DNA of 64,000 nucleotides from Eutreptiella sp. 'Long Island Sound 2002' (lineage: Eukaryota > Protista > Euglenida), in the NCBI GenBank assembly GCA_964036045.1, contig OZ038378.1:103974001-104038000 (forward strand), read 5' to 3'. Numbering within the stretch: the first letter of the stretch is position 1; every line of letters starts with the position of its first letter. The notes beneath the pieces were generated by a model, which worked only from the letters and a program-made list of their open reading frames with translations, did no database searches and was not told where the DNA came from. Below, piece by piece: positions 37,962 through 49,745 of the stretch. The translations under genes were made by a program, and so were the position numbers.

Positions 37962-40180
37962 ATGGCCCCCAAGAAGGCTCAAGCAGCAAAGGCAGCAAAA
38001 GAGGCAGCAGAGGCAGCCCCAGTGCCAGAGGGGGAGCAGCCAGCAGCGGCGCCAAAGGAAGCAAAGCCCGAGCGCCGAAGGAGGCGGCAAAGCAGCCAGC
38101 AGCGGCAGCGGCGAAGGAGGCAGCAAAGCAGCCAGCAGCGGCAGCAACGCCGGAAGAGGCAGCAGCGCCGAAAGAAGCAGTGCCGCAAGCGCCGAAGGAG
38201 GCATTAGCAAGCGCCGAAGGAGGCAGCAAAGGAAGCAAAGCCGCAAGCGACGAAGGAGGCAAAAGAGAAGTTGAGACAGCAGCCTGCGGAGCACTGGTTG
38301 CAAGCCGGGGTTACCATACCCGGCTGGGATGCAGAATCGGACGATACCTCCTCAGGCGGACATCCCGCCATTCTCTGCCGGGGAGATTGCAGAGCTCACG
38401 GACGTGGAACTGGAAGCCTAAAAGACCGGGGGCCCACCACCACCGAATGCCGGGGAGTGGGATATCCCAAGGAAACGGGGGATTGCCCCTGTTGGACGGA
38501 GTTGGCAAAACCGGCAGTGGCGGAGGATGTACCGAGAACAATACCGCACCGCCGCAAAGAATGTCGCATGCGGGATGGTGGACGACGAGGGGAACCGAGT
38601 GAAATTTCACGTGACAACGGATTCCGCACATACTGCATATTACTTCGTCGAAGGAAAGAGGACAGCCTGGGAGGCGGAGGGGTTTTACTGGTTGGAGAAC
38701 TGGTTGAGGGAACGGGGGGATGCACCAGGGGCAGAGGCAGACGCAGAGAAGGGACATGCCGCGGAACAGCGGTCAGGAAAGAAGGCAACGCAGGCGGAGA
38801 AGGGTCATGCCGCGGATCAGCCGTTAGGAGAGAAGGCAGCGCAGGCGGACAAGGGACATGCGGGGGACAAGGCAACACAAGGATCTGGAGGACGGACGCA
38901 AACGCTGTGGAGCGAACCAGAACCCGTCAGGAAGAAGGCGCCCCACTCGTCTATGGGCCAACCAATCGTGGGTGATGAGTCGGACATGGACATTGTGGAG
39001 GAGTGGTCGGAGGAGTCCGACACAATTGCTCACCGAATACGTGTAGGGAGGTGCAGGGAGCGGACCTCGGAATCAGACCCCGTGGAAAGACAGAAGGCCA
39101 GAGAGGAGGCGCGGAGAAGGATGCAGGCAAGAAAGGCGGAGGACAAGAAGATCTTCGATGGCGTGAAGCGGCGGTACAAGAGGCAAGCAGCAGAGAATGA
39201 GGCGGACTTGATGGCATGGATCTGGGAGACAGAACGGGAGCAAGTGGTGAGGCTGTCCGCAAGGTGTGTTGAACGTCGCCAATGTTCGCGCCCCATCGGG
39301 CGCGCAGAGGAATCGGCAGCTGCAAAGCTCAAACACCGCCTTGGACGATCTTCGGGAAAGGCGGCGAACGCTCCGGAGCCGGTAGGGAGCCCTGAGGCGC
39401 GCAGGCTGGCTGCCTGCAGGGCGGGCCGGGCGGCTGCCAGATTATCCGCAGGCATACCACAACCCCCGGGATGAAGGGGCCCTCGACCCCTCCCGCCCCG
39501 GCCGCCACTCGTATGTGGTCACTGTGGACCGGGAGGGCGAAGAGACGTGGATTGTGGATCCGCTGCACCTGCAGCCGGCGCAGGACCTGAGAGTGCGCTT
39601 CCAGCGAGGCGGATTCATGGTGCATGCCGTGAAGGAGCCCTGGCCGGAGAAGGTGGCCAACAAGCATAACTGCTCCTACCTGGGGGTGAAAACCGCCAGC
39701 GCGTTCATGTACAGGCCCAAGGACGAGTGGAAGATCCCCAAACCCGGCGACCTCTTCGACAAGGGCAAGTAAATGAATGAGCAGCACCGGGAAGAGCAGC
39801 GTTCCACACTAGAATGGCTGCGGGGATGGGGCCAGATCAAGGTGCAGGGGACGGACAAGAGACGGGGATGGTACGTCCCCAAACGGCCCCAGATCGTGAG
39901 CACCACGGAGACCACCCTGCAAGAAGCACTGCGGCCGAGCGGGTACACCGCGCTGAGCAAGGAGACGATGATGGCCGTTGTGGCGAGGCGCAGTGGACGG
40001 GCCCAAGAGGGGGAGGACACGGGTGCAGATGAGAACCGAAGGGGGCATGGGAGCCTGGGCACCAAGAGAAGCGGCGATGCAAGGGCAATGCAAGCGCGAT
40101 GCAAGGGCGCCACCCCGGCGATGTGCGGAGGACCACGTGGGCCTTACCCTGGTAGCCACACGGATCAGGAGCTGACCTGA
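37962..40180 (+). pseudogene. Large frameshifted ORF with an Ala/Lys/Glu-rich N-terminus and a Ulp1-like (C48) cysteine-protease domain
   Basis: Starts MAPKKAQAAKAAKEAA. At ~39500-39720 it reads GRHSYVVTVDREGEETWIVDPL...ANKHNCSYLGV, resembling HWxxxxxD...xxDxL...QxxxxxCG. Ulp1-like domains are common DNA-transposon cargo. Confidence 0.45.
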
Positions 40181-40516
40181 GGTGGAAAGGGAGGAGGGGA
40201 GGAGAACAATGCGCCTGTGCAGTCTGACCAACTACTGCGCAGGACAGGGCTGGCTCACCAGGACAAGGTACGGATAGAGATCCAAACAGGCCAAGTGACC
40301 GTGACCGTGACCCACAACGGGGAGGAAAGGAGGCAAGATGGGTGGCAGCGAGAGGGGGAGGCACCAGAGAACAGGCAGGACACAGCGACGACAGGGAGGA
40401 GGGCAAGAGTGGAGGGAGGGGGCAGGCCCGCCGCCAATGACAGAGGGTGGAGGAGATGGAGGACAGAGGGACCAGAGGGAAGGTGGCAGGGGGAATGGCC
40501 GCTGGCTGGGGGATTG

Positions 40517-42050
40517 GGAACCCGGCGCTCCGTGAGTTTGCCCCGCGATCGGGGGCATGTGATTGGCCACGCGCGGCCATGGTAGCCGGAGCAGCCTTCA
40601 CAGGAATTCCCTGCAGTTCCTGTGGAGGTGGCGGAGCAGGGGGGAGGGTTGGGGTGCTTGTCGTGCGTATCGTCCATGTTTGCTCTGCAAGCTGTCTGTA
40701 GGTATCTCTGAATGGCGCCAAATACAGGCAAAACACACGTGTGTTGCGCATGTGTGTGCGATTTCTCTGCACCATTTTAGGGATTTGCACTAGAGGAAGT
40801 GATTTGGACGCGACGTTACTGGGACGGACCGCTGAATGGCGCTGAAGACAGGCAAAAAAGAGGTGTGTTGTGCATGTGTGCTTTTTCTTTCAGGCGACAT
40901 CCCACGATGAGCTCGGTGATCCCTGTGGAGGATACACATGCCCGTGCTATCCTGCCGAGAATACCGCCTATGATGTGAATCAAAGCGCGATGGAGTAGCG
41001 CTGAAGACAGGCATTCCAAAAAGCAGGTATGTTGGCGCCCCAGCTTTTTTTCTGCAGGTATCAAGGGTTTGTGGAGCAACACCAAGACCGTGACCCTCAA
41101 GTGGAGAATGGCCGCATCATGGGCAGTGCATTTCTGCATGTCGCTGAAGACAGGCAAAAAAAACAGATGTGTTTTGCTTGACAGTTTTCTGCACGTCACC
41201 AACCGACAGCTCAAGCACATTTATGGCGTTGAGGCGGCGGGCCACCGACTGCTTCAGGATGGGCAGCGCATTTCTGCATGGCGCCGAAGACAGGAGAAAA
41301 ACACGTGTGTTTTGCTTGCCACTTTTCTGCGGGTATCAAGGATTTGCAGGCGATGGAATCCGAGGAGGAGATACGGATGTCGCAATTGCACGAGCAATTG
41401 TTGCAGTTGCAGATCGGCCACGAGACGGCATCTTCGCATGGCGTCGAAAACAGGCATTCCAAAAAAACGGGTATGTTGTCGCCCCGGCCACTTTTCTGCA
41501 GGCTTCAAGAGTTTGTGGAGTACGCGGATTGGGATCCGCGATGGGCCACTGGCGAACAAATCGGCGATCCCAAACGCATGGCTGAGAGCATGACCCCCGA
41601 CCACCGGAGCACTCGCTGGTTGCAATGGAAGCACACTGTGGCTGACGACTTTGTTAAGACACTCACCAAAGGTTACAAGAAAAAGAAGGGCTTTCGCAAG
41701 ACGGCATCTTCGCATTGTGAGGGAGACAGTTGAAAGTGTTGTGCGTGCGAGTACCGAGTGCGACGCAGTGCCGAAGGGTGCAATTTTCTCCTACGCTTTT
41801 GAACATTGAGCCGGGGCTGTAGTGTCTTCTCTTTGAGAGAGCGACCGTGTCAAAAGATCAATGTGCTCCTGTACATATACATGTGAACAATCCATGTGAC
41901 AGTTGGTGCTGTTGTGCTTGGAACCCGGCGCTCCGTGAGTCGGCCCCCGGAACAGGGGCATGTGATTGGCCACGCCTGGCCATGGTAGCCGGGGCAGCCT
42001 GGGCAAAATATCTTTGGAGGCGGCGGAGCAAGGGGGGTAGGGTGGGGTTG
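40517..42050. repeat. ~135-bp direct repeats (40517-40655; 41920-42050) enclosing six copies of a ~55-62-bp core separated by variable 65-100-bp segments
   Basis: Direct repeat ggaacccggcgctccgtgagt...gtgattggccacg...ccatggtagccgg. The core TGGCGCTGAAGACAGGCAAAAA...GTGTGTT...TTTTCTGCAG starts at 40713, 40837, 40996, 41139, 41279 and 41439. Confidence 0.8.
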
Positions 42051-44619
42051 GGGGGCCCCGGGGGGGGGGGGGGGGGGGGGCACCGGGGGGGGCTTGGGGG
42101 GGGGGGGGTTGTGGGCTCAATGGGGACAATGGGGGGTTAGGGTAGAAAAAGTCCCCCGCGGGTAGAAATTTTTGTATACGGGGTTGGAGGGGGGGGACAA
42201 GTGTCGCGGTTGAAAAAAGATTTCGCCTCTTGAGGGAATTTTTTATGCCCCCCCCCCCCTGGGCCCGCATATATCGAAAAATACCACAACTCCCTTTTAG
42301 GTGCCTATATGCATACCCCACCTCTACGGGTTAAATGGTTGGTTGAATCCCGAACAAAACTATAACTTTGTGCACGAAATGCGGCTTGCAATAAGTTTTT
42401 GGTGGGCACCCCTGCAACCCCTCTCTCTCCCCATACAAGGCCCACTTTTTAAGGGGCTGGGCTTTGGGGGGTAACAAAATGTCGGAAATGTCACCGCCCC
42501 TTTTTTTCGAGGGGGCAGAAGGCACCAATATTTGGTTTACGCTTTTCGATTCTTTTTTGCACGTGATGTGGTTTTTCGCCATTCTTACCACATCAATGCT
42601 TTCAGCCACGTTAGTAACTCCGTGGCAACCACACTAAGAGGTTGAACTGCGGATGTTTTGACAATACAGGCATACCAGGCTTCCAAAGACATACGTGAAA
42701 AACAATTGGCAATCCATGTTTGCACTTACTTCCTTTGTTTGGATGTCTAAAACCTTATCATCAATCAATATTTTCACCCGGGCATAGGTGGAAAAACGGT
42801 AGGATCTTTACGGAATTTACAGTTTTGGAAATCATCAACGTTTGGTTTTTCTAGGGTGTGGGGCTATGGGCTCCCATTACCCCAATGGTCTTTTGCTTTT
42901 TTAGCATTTGTGTGCGTGAAATCATAACGCCTTCGGCTGTAATAGGTGCAAGAAGACTTGTACGCGCTAGGATCCAATGCGGGCTTCCCCCATGATTGAT
43001 TGGCATGCCCCCCCCCCCCTTAGGGCAAAACTTCCAACCTTCAGCGCATTCTCGGTGGGTCCCTTTGTTGCAGGGAATGAACGGCGTGTGCTCCGTGATT
43101 TTCTCGTTGCAATAGTGAGCCTCTTTGCTCTCTCTTCATGGTTCCGATAACTTATGCACGTGCCCGTTTACCTGCGTTTTGTGTTTCACCTGTGAGCGGG
43201 TTTTCCGGCACTCGCCTATGTATCTCGGTTTGCCAAGTAACTTGCGTTGCTCTCAAAATGTCAGGGCAAGTGCGCGAAAGAGCAAGCATGGTAACCCGTG
43301 GTTCGGTGGCAAGGGGGTGGCGGGGTGAGTGACACGATGACGCCTTCCACTAACTATGGCCCACATGGGTTGGGGTCACAGTGCACTTTTGCAGCAACCA
43401 TGAATGGTCCTCGGCTGTATTTGGGTTCCTGGTTAGTGTTAGAAGGGGACTTCATATAACTGCGTAGGGAAACAGTTACCAGCAACTAGGACCTCTTAAG
43501 CGCGCTAATGGGGCCTCAAAAGCGCCGTATTGGGGTTGTTTGCACCATAATAGGCAAGCGGGATTCGGCGCTATGCACACGCTGCTCAATCACAGGATAT
43601 CCAAGATTTTAAACGGCCCACTCCCTTAGGCCTTTCAAGTGCGTCCTTAGCCGTTCTCTGTCTAGATTGCCCACGCTAGAGCACATAAAGCAAACCACGT
43701 GAAACCTCCCAAAATGCCTTTGCAGTGTAAAACACTCAACCACACCCATTGGAAAATGCGCATGGGGCATTACATAGGATGCTAGCACACTAGGCCATCA
43801 GGTGCACCCCGACACAATGAAGCCAAAAATTACCCCTTCGTCATAACTTCATCGGGGCAATTGGTACCCCTCAACTCTGCAGGTCGCTAGGGTTTGTGTG
43901 ATCTTTGGCGGGTTGAAATACCATGCACACACAGGTGGTTGCGTTGTGCCATTGCGTTGGGAAGCAAATTTTTCGATGACAGCCCCTGTTTTTGCACAAG
44001 ACACACGGCTTAGTTCATGGCACACCCTGATCTTAGTATTCCCTGTCTTACAACAAGACCTTGTGATGAAGGCAGTCGAAACCCCCTACTCTAGCATAGC
44101 CTCCTATCTTGATATTGTCTGTGCAATTTGTCGTGTAGCATTTGTGCTTCTGCTGCGTTGTTGCAGCAGGGGCAACCATCCACTTACATTTTGTCATGAC
44201 GTACATGCTCCTCAGTTAGTGGTGTGAGGACAAGTGTTGGTCAAGAAAGGTGGGTTTGACAAAAAAACACGTGGAATCATATGGGCAGGTTGTGGCACAG
44301 TTTGCATTGCAATGTGTGCGTTGGAATGGCAACCCACAGTGCACATTTATCGGACATGTGTCCATTCTAGGTGGGTTGCAGGTGAATGCCACACTACATG
44401 TATCTGTTAACGGATCCCAACCGAGGGGCGGAAGGTAAATTTCAAGATGGACATATGTCATACATTTTTGGTTATAAAATGTCATGGCTGTGTTGAGAAT
44501 GCCTTGGCCGTAGTGCGCCTGGAGTGAAAATCTTGTACATCGGCAAATGCTACACTCCTATTTTCGGCCCTTTTCTACACTGTTATCGTTTCATAACTGG
44601 GTTTTCAAAGTGGATATGG

Positions 44620-47600
44620 AACCTCAACGCACGCTCTTTTGTGTGGCCCGTTGAGTTGGGCATATGGGCTCTCATCCCACGCTCCATTGTGTGGCCCCTT
44701 GCGTTGGCAATATGGACTCTCATCTCACGCTCTACTGTCCGGCCCCTTGAGTACGGGATATGGACTCACAACACACGCTCTATTGTTTGGCCCCTTGAGT
44801 TGGGGATATGGACTCTTAACACACGCTTTGTTGTGGCCCCTTGATTTGGGGATGTGGAGTCTTAACACACGCTTTGTGGTGTGGCCCGTTGATTTGGGGA
44901 TATCGACTCTCGTACCACGCTCTGTTGTGTGGCCCCTTGATTTCGGGATACGTACTCTCTATCCATTCTGTGTCGTGTTGCCCCTTGAGTTGGTGATTTG
45001 GACTCTCATCCCATGCTCTGTGTTGTGGCCCGTTGAGATATGGATTGTAAACACGCCCTCTATTCTGTGTCCCCTTGAGTTGGGATATTGAGTCTTAGCG
45101 CACGCTCTGCTATGTGGCCCGTTGAGTTGGGATTATTGATTCTCAACCCACCATTTGTTGTTTGGCCCCTTGAGATGAGGATTTGGACGCAAAGCGTTAG
45201 TTGAGGGTCCATATCCGCAACTCAAGGGGCCACACAAGAGGGCATGCATTGAGAGGCCATGTTCCAAGCTCAAGTGGCCACCGAAAACAGCACTTGTAGA
45301 TAGTCCATATCCCCAACTCAAGGGGGGATCTTTTGTCCGGTCATCGTCTCCGGGCCCATTGCGAGAGGCAGTAAAGGGTGTGGCCGGGGTGCCAGCTCTT
45401 CACCTGCCCGGATGTGATTGCCGTCAAGGGGTCCAGAGCCTGGTCTGGGTTCAGGGTCGGTGGGCGTGTCCCGCAGGGGTGCAGCTGTGGCGATTATAGA
45501 GTTAACGGCCTCTAGGTCCCAGTGCCCAGCCTCCGATGGCGGGATGTCGCGCCTCTTCAGCTGGGGCCGTCTACCTTCAACACACTTTCTCTGGTGTGGC
45601 CCCGTGAGTTTGGGATTTGGACTATTAAACCACCCTTTGTTTTGTGGCCCCTTTAGTTGGGGATATAGATGCTCGAATCACCCTCTGTTGTGTGGCTCCT
45701 TGAGTTGGGGATATCCAACCTCAACGCAGACTGCGTTGACTGGCCCCTTGAGTCACGGATACGGACACTCAATCCATGCTTTGTAGTGTTGCCCCTTGAG
45801 TTAGCGATATGGACTCTCAATGGATGCTTTGTAGTGTTGCCCTTTGAAAAGCGAATATGGATGCTTTAATCCATGCTCCCTTGTGTGGCCCCGTGAGTTG
45901 GGGATATTCAGTCTCAACCCACACTCTGTTGTGTGACCCCTTGAGCTGGGGTTATGGACTTTCAACCCACGCCTTGCTATGCGGCCCGTGAAGTTGCGGA
46001 TACGGACTCCTAAACCATGGTTTGTTGTGTGGCCCCTTGTTTTAGAGACATGGGCTGTCAACCCACGCTTTGTTTTGTGGCCCCTTAATTCTGGGATACG
46101 GACCCTCAACCCACGCTCCGTTGTGTGGCACCTTCGGGTGGGGTCTACACTATGAACCCACTTTCCATTTTGTGGCCCTTTGAGTTGGGATTGGGCCTCT
46201 AAAGCCTTGTTCCGTTGCGTGGACCCTCAAGTTGGGGATATGGACTCGCAATCCACGCTGTGTTCTGTGGCCCATTAAGTTGGGAGTGCGGACTCACAAC
46301 CCATGTTGTGTTGTGTTGCTCGTTGAGTTGGGGACATGGACTCTCAACGCACACTACATTGTGTGGCCCCTTGAGTGGGGGATATGGACTCATAACGGGC
46401 GCTGCGTTGTGTGGCCTCTTCAATTTGGAATATGGGCTGTGAATCCCCGCTCTGCTGTGTGGCCCCTTGAGTTGGGGATATGGCCTCTGAAAGCGTGCTC
46501 TTTGTATGACCCCTGGAACTTGGGATACGGACTCTCAATCTATGGTCTCTTGTGTGCCCGTATGAATTGGGGATATGGACTGTCAACCCATGCTTTGCTG
46601 TGTGGCCCTTTGAGTTGGGGATATGGACTCTTAACCCAAGCTGTGTTGTGTGGCCCGTTGAGTTGGGGAGACGTTTCTTCAACGCACGCCGGGTTGTGTG
46701 GCCCCTTGAGCTGGGGATATGGACTGATACACCTTGCTTTTTGTTGTTGTTTGGCCTCTTGAGTTGCGGATATGGACTCTCAACACACGCTCTGTTTTGT
46801 TTCCCCATGACTTAGGTCTTTGAACTCTCACAACACTCTCTCTTGTGTGGGTCCTTGAGTCGGCGATATGGCCCATGCTTTGTTGTGTGACCCCTTACGT
46901 CGGGGAGATGGATGTTCAAAACGCACGCCGTGTGCTTGGCCCCTTGGATTGGGGATATGCATCCTCAACCCACGCTTTGTTGTGTTGCCCTAGGGATATG
47001 GACTCACCCGCTGCCCTGTGTGGCCCCTTGAGTGGGGGATATGGACTCCCAACTGACCCTTTGTTCTGTGGCCCCTAGAATTTTGCATATGGACTCTCCA
47101 ATCACGCTATGTTGTGTGGTTCCTTGAGTTAGGTACACCAGCTGTCAATCCACACTCTGTGTTGTGGCCTCTTGAGTTGGGGATATGGACTGTAAACAAA
47201 TGCTCTCCTGTGTGACCCCTTGTGTTGGGGATATGGTTCCTCAACCCATGCCCTGTTTTGTCGCCCCTGGAGTTGGGCATATTGACTTCCGACCCTCGCT
47301 TCCTAGTGTGGCCCGTTGAGTTGGGGATATGGACTCTTAACGCACGCTGTGTTGTCTGGCCCCTTGATTTGGGGAGATGGCCCCTAAAACCATGCTTTGT
47401 TGTCTTGCCCTTCGGTTGGGGAGAGGACAGCAAACCACGCTCCGCTGTGTGGCCCCTTGGGTTTGGGATATGGACCCTCAACGCACACTTTGTCGTGTTG
47501 CCCCTTGAGCTGGCGATATGCCCTCTCAAACCAGGCTCTGTTGTGGGGCCCCTTGAGTTGGGGACGTAAACTCTCAAAGCACGCTGTGTTGTGTGGCCCC

Positions 47601-49380
47601 TTGAGTTGGGGATACGCACTCTAAACCAACGCTCGGTTGTGTGGCCCGTTCATTTTGGGATATGGACCCTCAGCCCATGCTGTTCTTTGTTGCCCCTTGA
47701 GGTGGGGTTATGGAACCTCAACCCATAGTCCATTGTGTGGCCTCGTGAGTTTGGCATATGGACTCTTAACGACGCTTTGTTGTGTGCCCCTTCAGTTGCG
47801 GAGATGGACTTTCCGCCAACGCTCTATTGTGTGGCCCCTTGCGTTGGGGATACGGACTGTGAATCTTTGCTCCGTGGTGTTGCCCCTTGAGTTGGGGATA
47901 CGAACTCTCAACGTAGGCTGTGTTGTGTGGTCCCTTGAGTTAGAGATATGCACCCTCAACCCGCGCTTTGATGTGTGGGCCCTTGAGTGGATACAGACTC
48001 TCAACCCAATATCTCTTGTGTGGAACCTTCAGTTGGGGGTATGGACTCTCATTGCAAGCCCCATTGTGTGGTTCCTTGACTCGGGGATACGGACTCTCAA
48101 CCCACGCTCAGTTGTCTAGCCCCTTGAGTTGGGGATACAGACTCTCATCCCATGCTCTTTTGTGTTACTCCTTGAGTTGGGCATATGGTGTCTTAACCCA
48201 TGCTATGATGTGTGGCCCCCGCAGTTGGGGACATGGAGTCGTATCCCACGCTCTATTGTTTGGCCCCTTGAGTTGGGGACATGGGTTGTCATCCCATGCT
48301 TTGTTGTGTGGCCCCCTGAGTGGGGATACCGACTCTCAATCCATGGTCCATTTAGTTGGCAAGATTGATGTTCCATTGATGCGTTTTTGTGTGGCCCCTT
48401 GAGTTGGGGATATGCACTATCAACCCTTGCTCTGCTCCTTGAGCTGGGGATATGGACTCTCAAACCACGCTCTCTTGTGTGGACCCTTGAGTTGGGGATA
48501 TGGACTCCTAGCGCAAGCTTTGTTGTGTTGCCCCTTGAGTAGGACAAACCGATCTTCAAAGCACGCTCTGTTGTGAGGCCCCTTGAGTCGGGATGCCGAC
48601 TCTCAATGCATGGTCCATTTAGTTGGCAAGATTGATGTTCCATTGATGCGTTTTTGTGTGGCCCCTTGAGTTGGGGATATGCACTATCAACCCACGCTCT
48701 GCTCCTTGAGCTGGTTATATGGACTCTCAAACCACGCTCTCTTGGGTGGACCCTTGAGTTGGGGATATGGACTCCTAGCGCAAGCTTTGTTGTGTTGCCC
48801 CTTGAGTAGGGCAGAACAGATCTTCAAAGCACGCTCTGTTGTGCGGCCCCTGGAGTTGCGCATATGCACGCTCAACGCACGCTGCGTTGTGTGGGCCCTT
48901 GAGTTGGGAATATTGACCCTCAACGCACGCTCTACTATCTGGGCCCTTGACTTGGGGATATGGACTCTCAACGCACGCTACGTTCTGTGGCCCCTTGAGT
49001 TGATACGGACTCTCAGTCCACGCTGTGTTGTGTGGACCCTTGAGTAGATACGGACTCTCAACCCCCGCTGTGTTGTGTGGCCCCTTGAGTAGATACGGAC
49101 TCTCAACCCCCGCTGTGTTGTGTGGTCCCTTGAGTTGGGGATAGCAACTGTGACCCCATGCACTTTTTGTTTTGCTCCTTGAGTTGGGGATCTGGACTCT
49201 CAATGCATGCTGTGTTGTGTTGCCCCTTCAATTGGATATATGGACCCTCAACCCATGCTCCGTTGTGTGGCCCCTTGAGTTGGGGTTACGGACTCTGAAT
49301 CCATGCTCTCTCGGACGGCCCCTTGAGTTGAGGATATGGACTCTGAACCCACGTTGTGTTGTGTGGCCCCTTGAGTAGCG
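44620..49380. repeat. 47-48-bp satellite, roughly 90-100 diverged units
   Basis: Consensus GTTGTGTGGCCCCTTGAGTTGGGGATATGGACTCTCAACCCACGCTCT. There is a short inverted block at ~45198-45325, a unique insert at ~45326-45580 and a higher-order duplication around 48330-48830. Confidence 0.95.
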
Positions 49381-49609
49381 GACATTCCTTTGTCTATGGC
49401 TCTGGGGAGCCCAATTTGTTGTGCAGGTCTCCGTCGAGGTCAGGTTGGCTCTACACATGTCACAAATCGCTTTGCTTCTTATGTCCAAATCCCTACCCGT
49501 TTCCCACAGGATTTAGCGAAAATACCCGGGTATATGCGCCGGGATTTGGAACCATCGCTGCCAAAATGCGTAGGATGAATCGCGACCGAAAAAAAACGCT
49601 CGGGGTAAA

Positions 49610-49745
49610 TTCTGTGGCCGCTCGGAAAAACGCTCAGGATCTATCCGGTGGGCGCTCGGGATATAGCTTGGGATTTATTCGGTGGCCGCTTGGGAAATCG
49701 TTTGGGATTTTTCCGGTGGGCGCTCGGGACATCGTTTGATATTTA
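49610..49745. repeat. 34-bp subterminal tandem repeat, left cluster; right cluster at ~55118-55270 in the same orientation
   Basis: Unit TATCCGGTGGCCGCTCGGGATATCGCTTGGGATT; anchors at 49644, 49678, 49712 and at 55152, 55186, 55220, 55254. Confidence 0.9.

Noticed and set aside
42030-42200. G-quadruplex or telomere-like tract
   Set aside because: Irregular G-runs without a telomeric unit; similar homopolymers occur throughout the window.
42330-44600. Possible gene remnants in an AT-richer interval
   Set aside because: Only short ORFs with no motif I can support.
44620-49380. Long ORFs of 16-aa repeats (RVHIPNSRGHTTERGL / LCGPLSWGYGLSTHAL)
   Set aside because: Open in several frames on both strands and broken by indels; a by-product of the 48-bp period.
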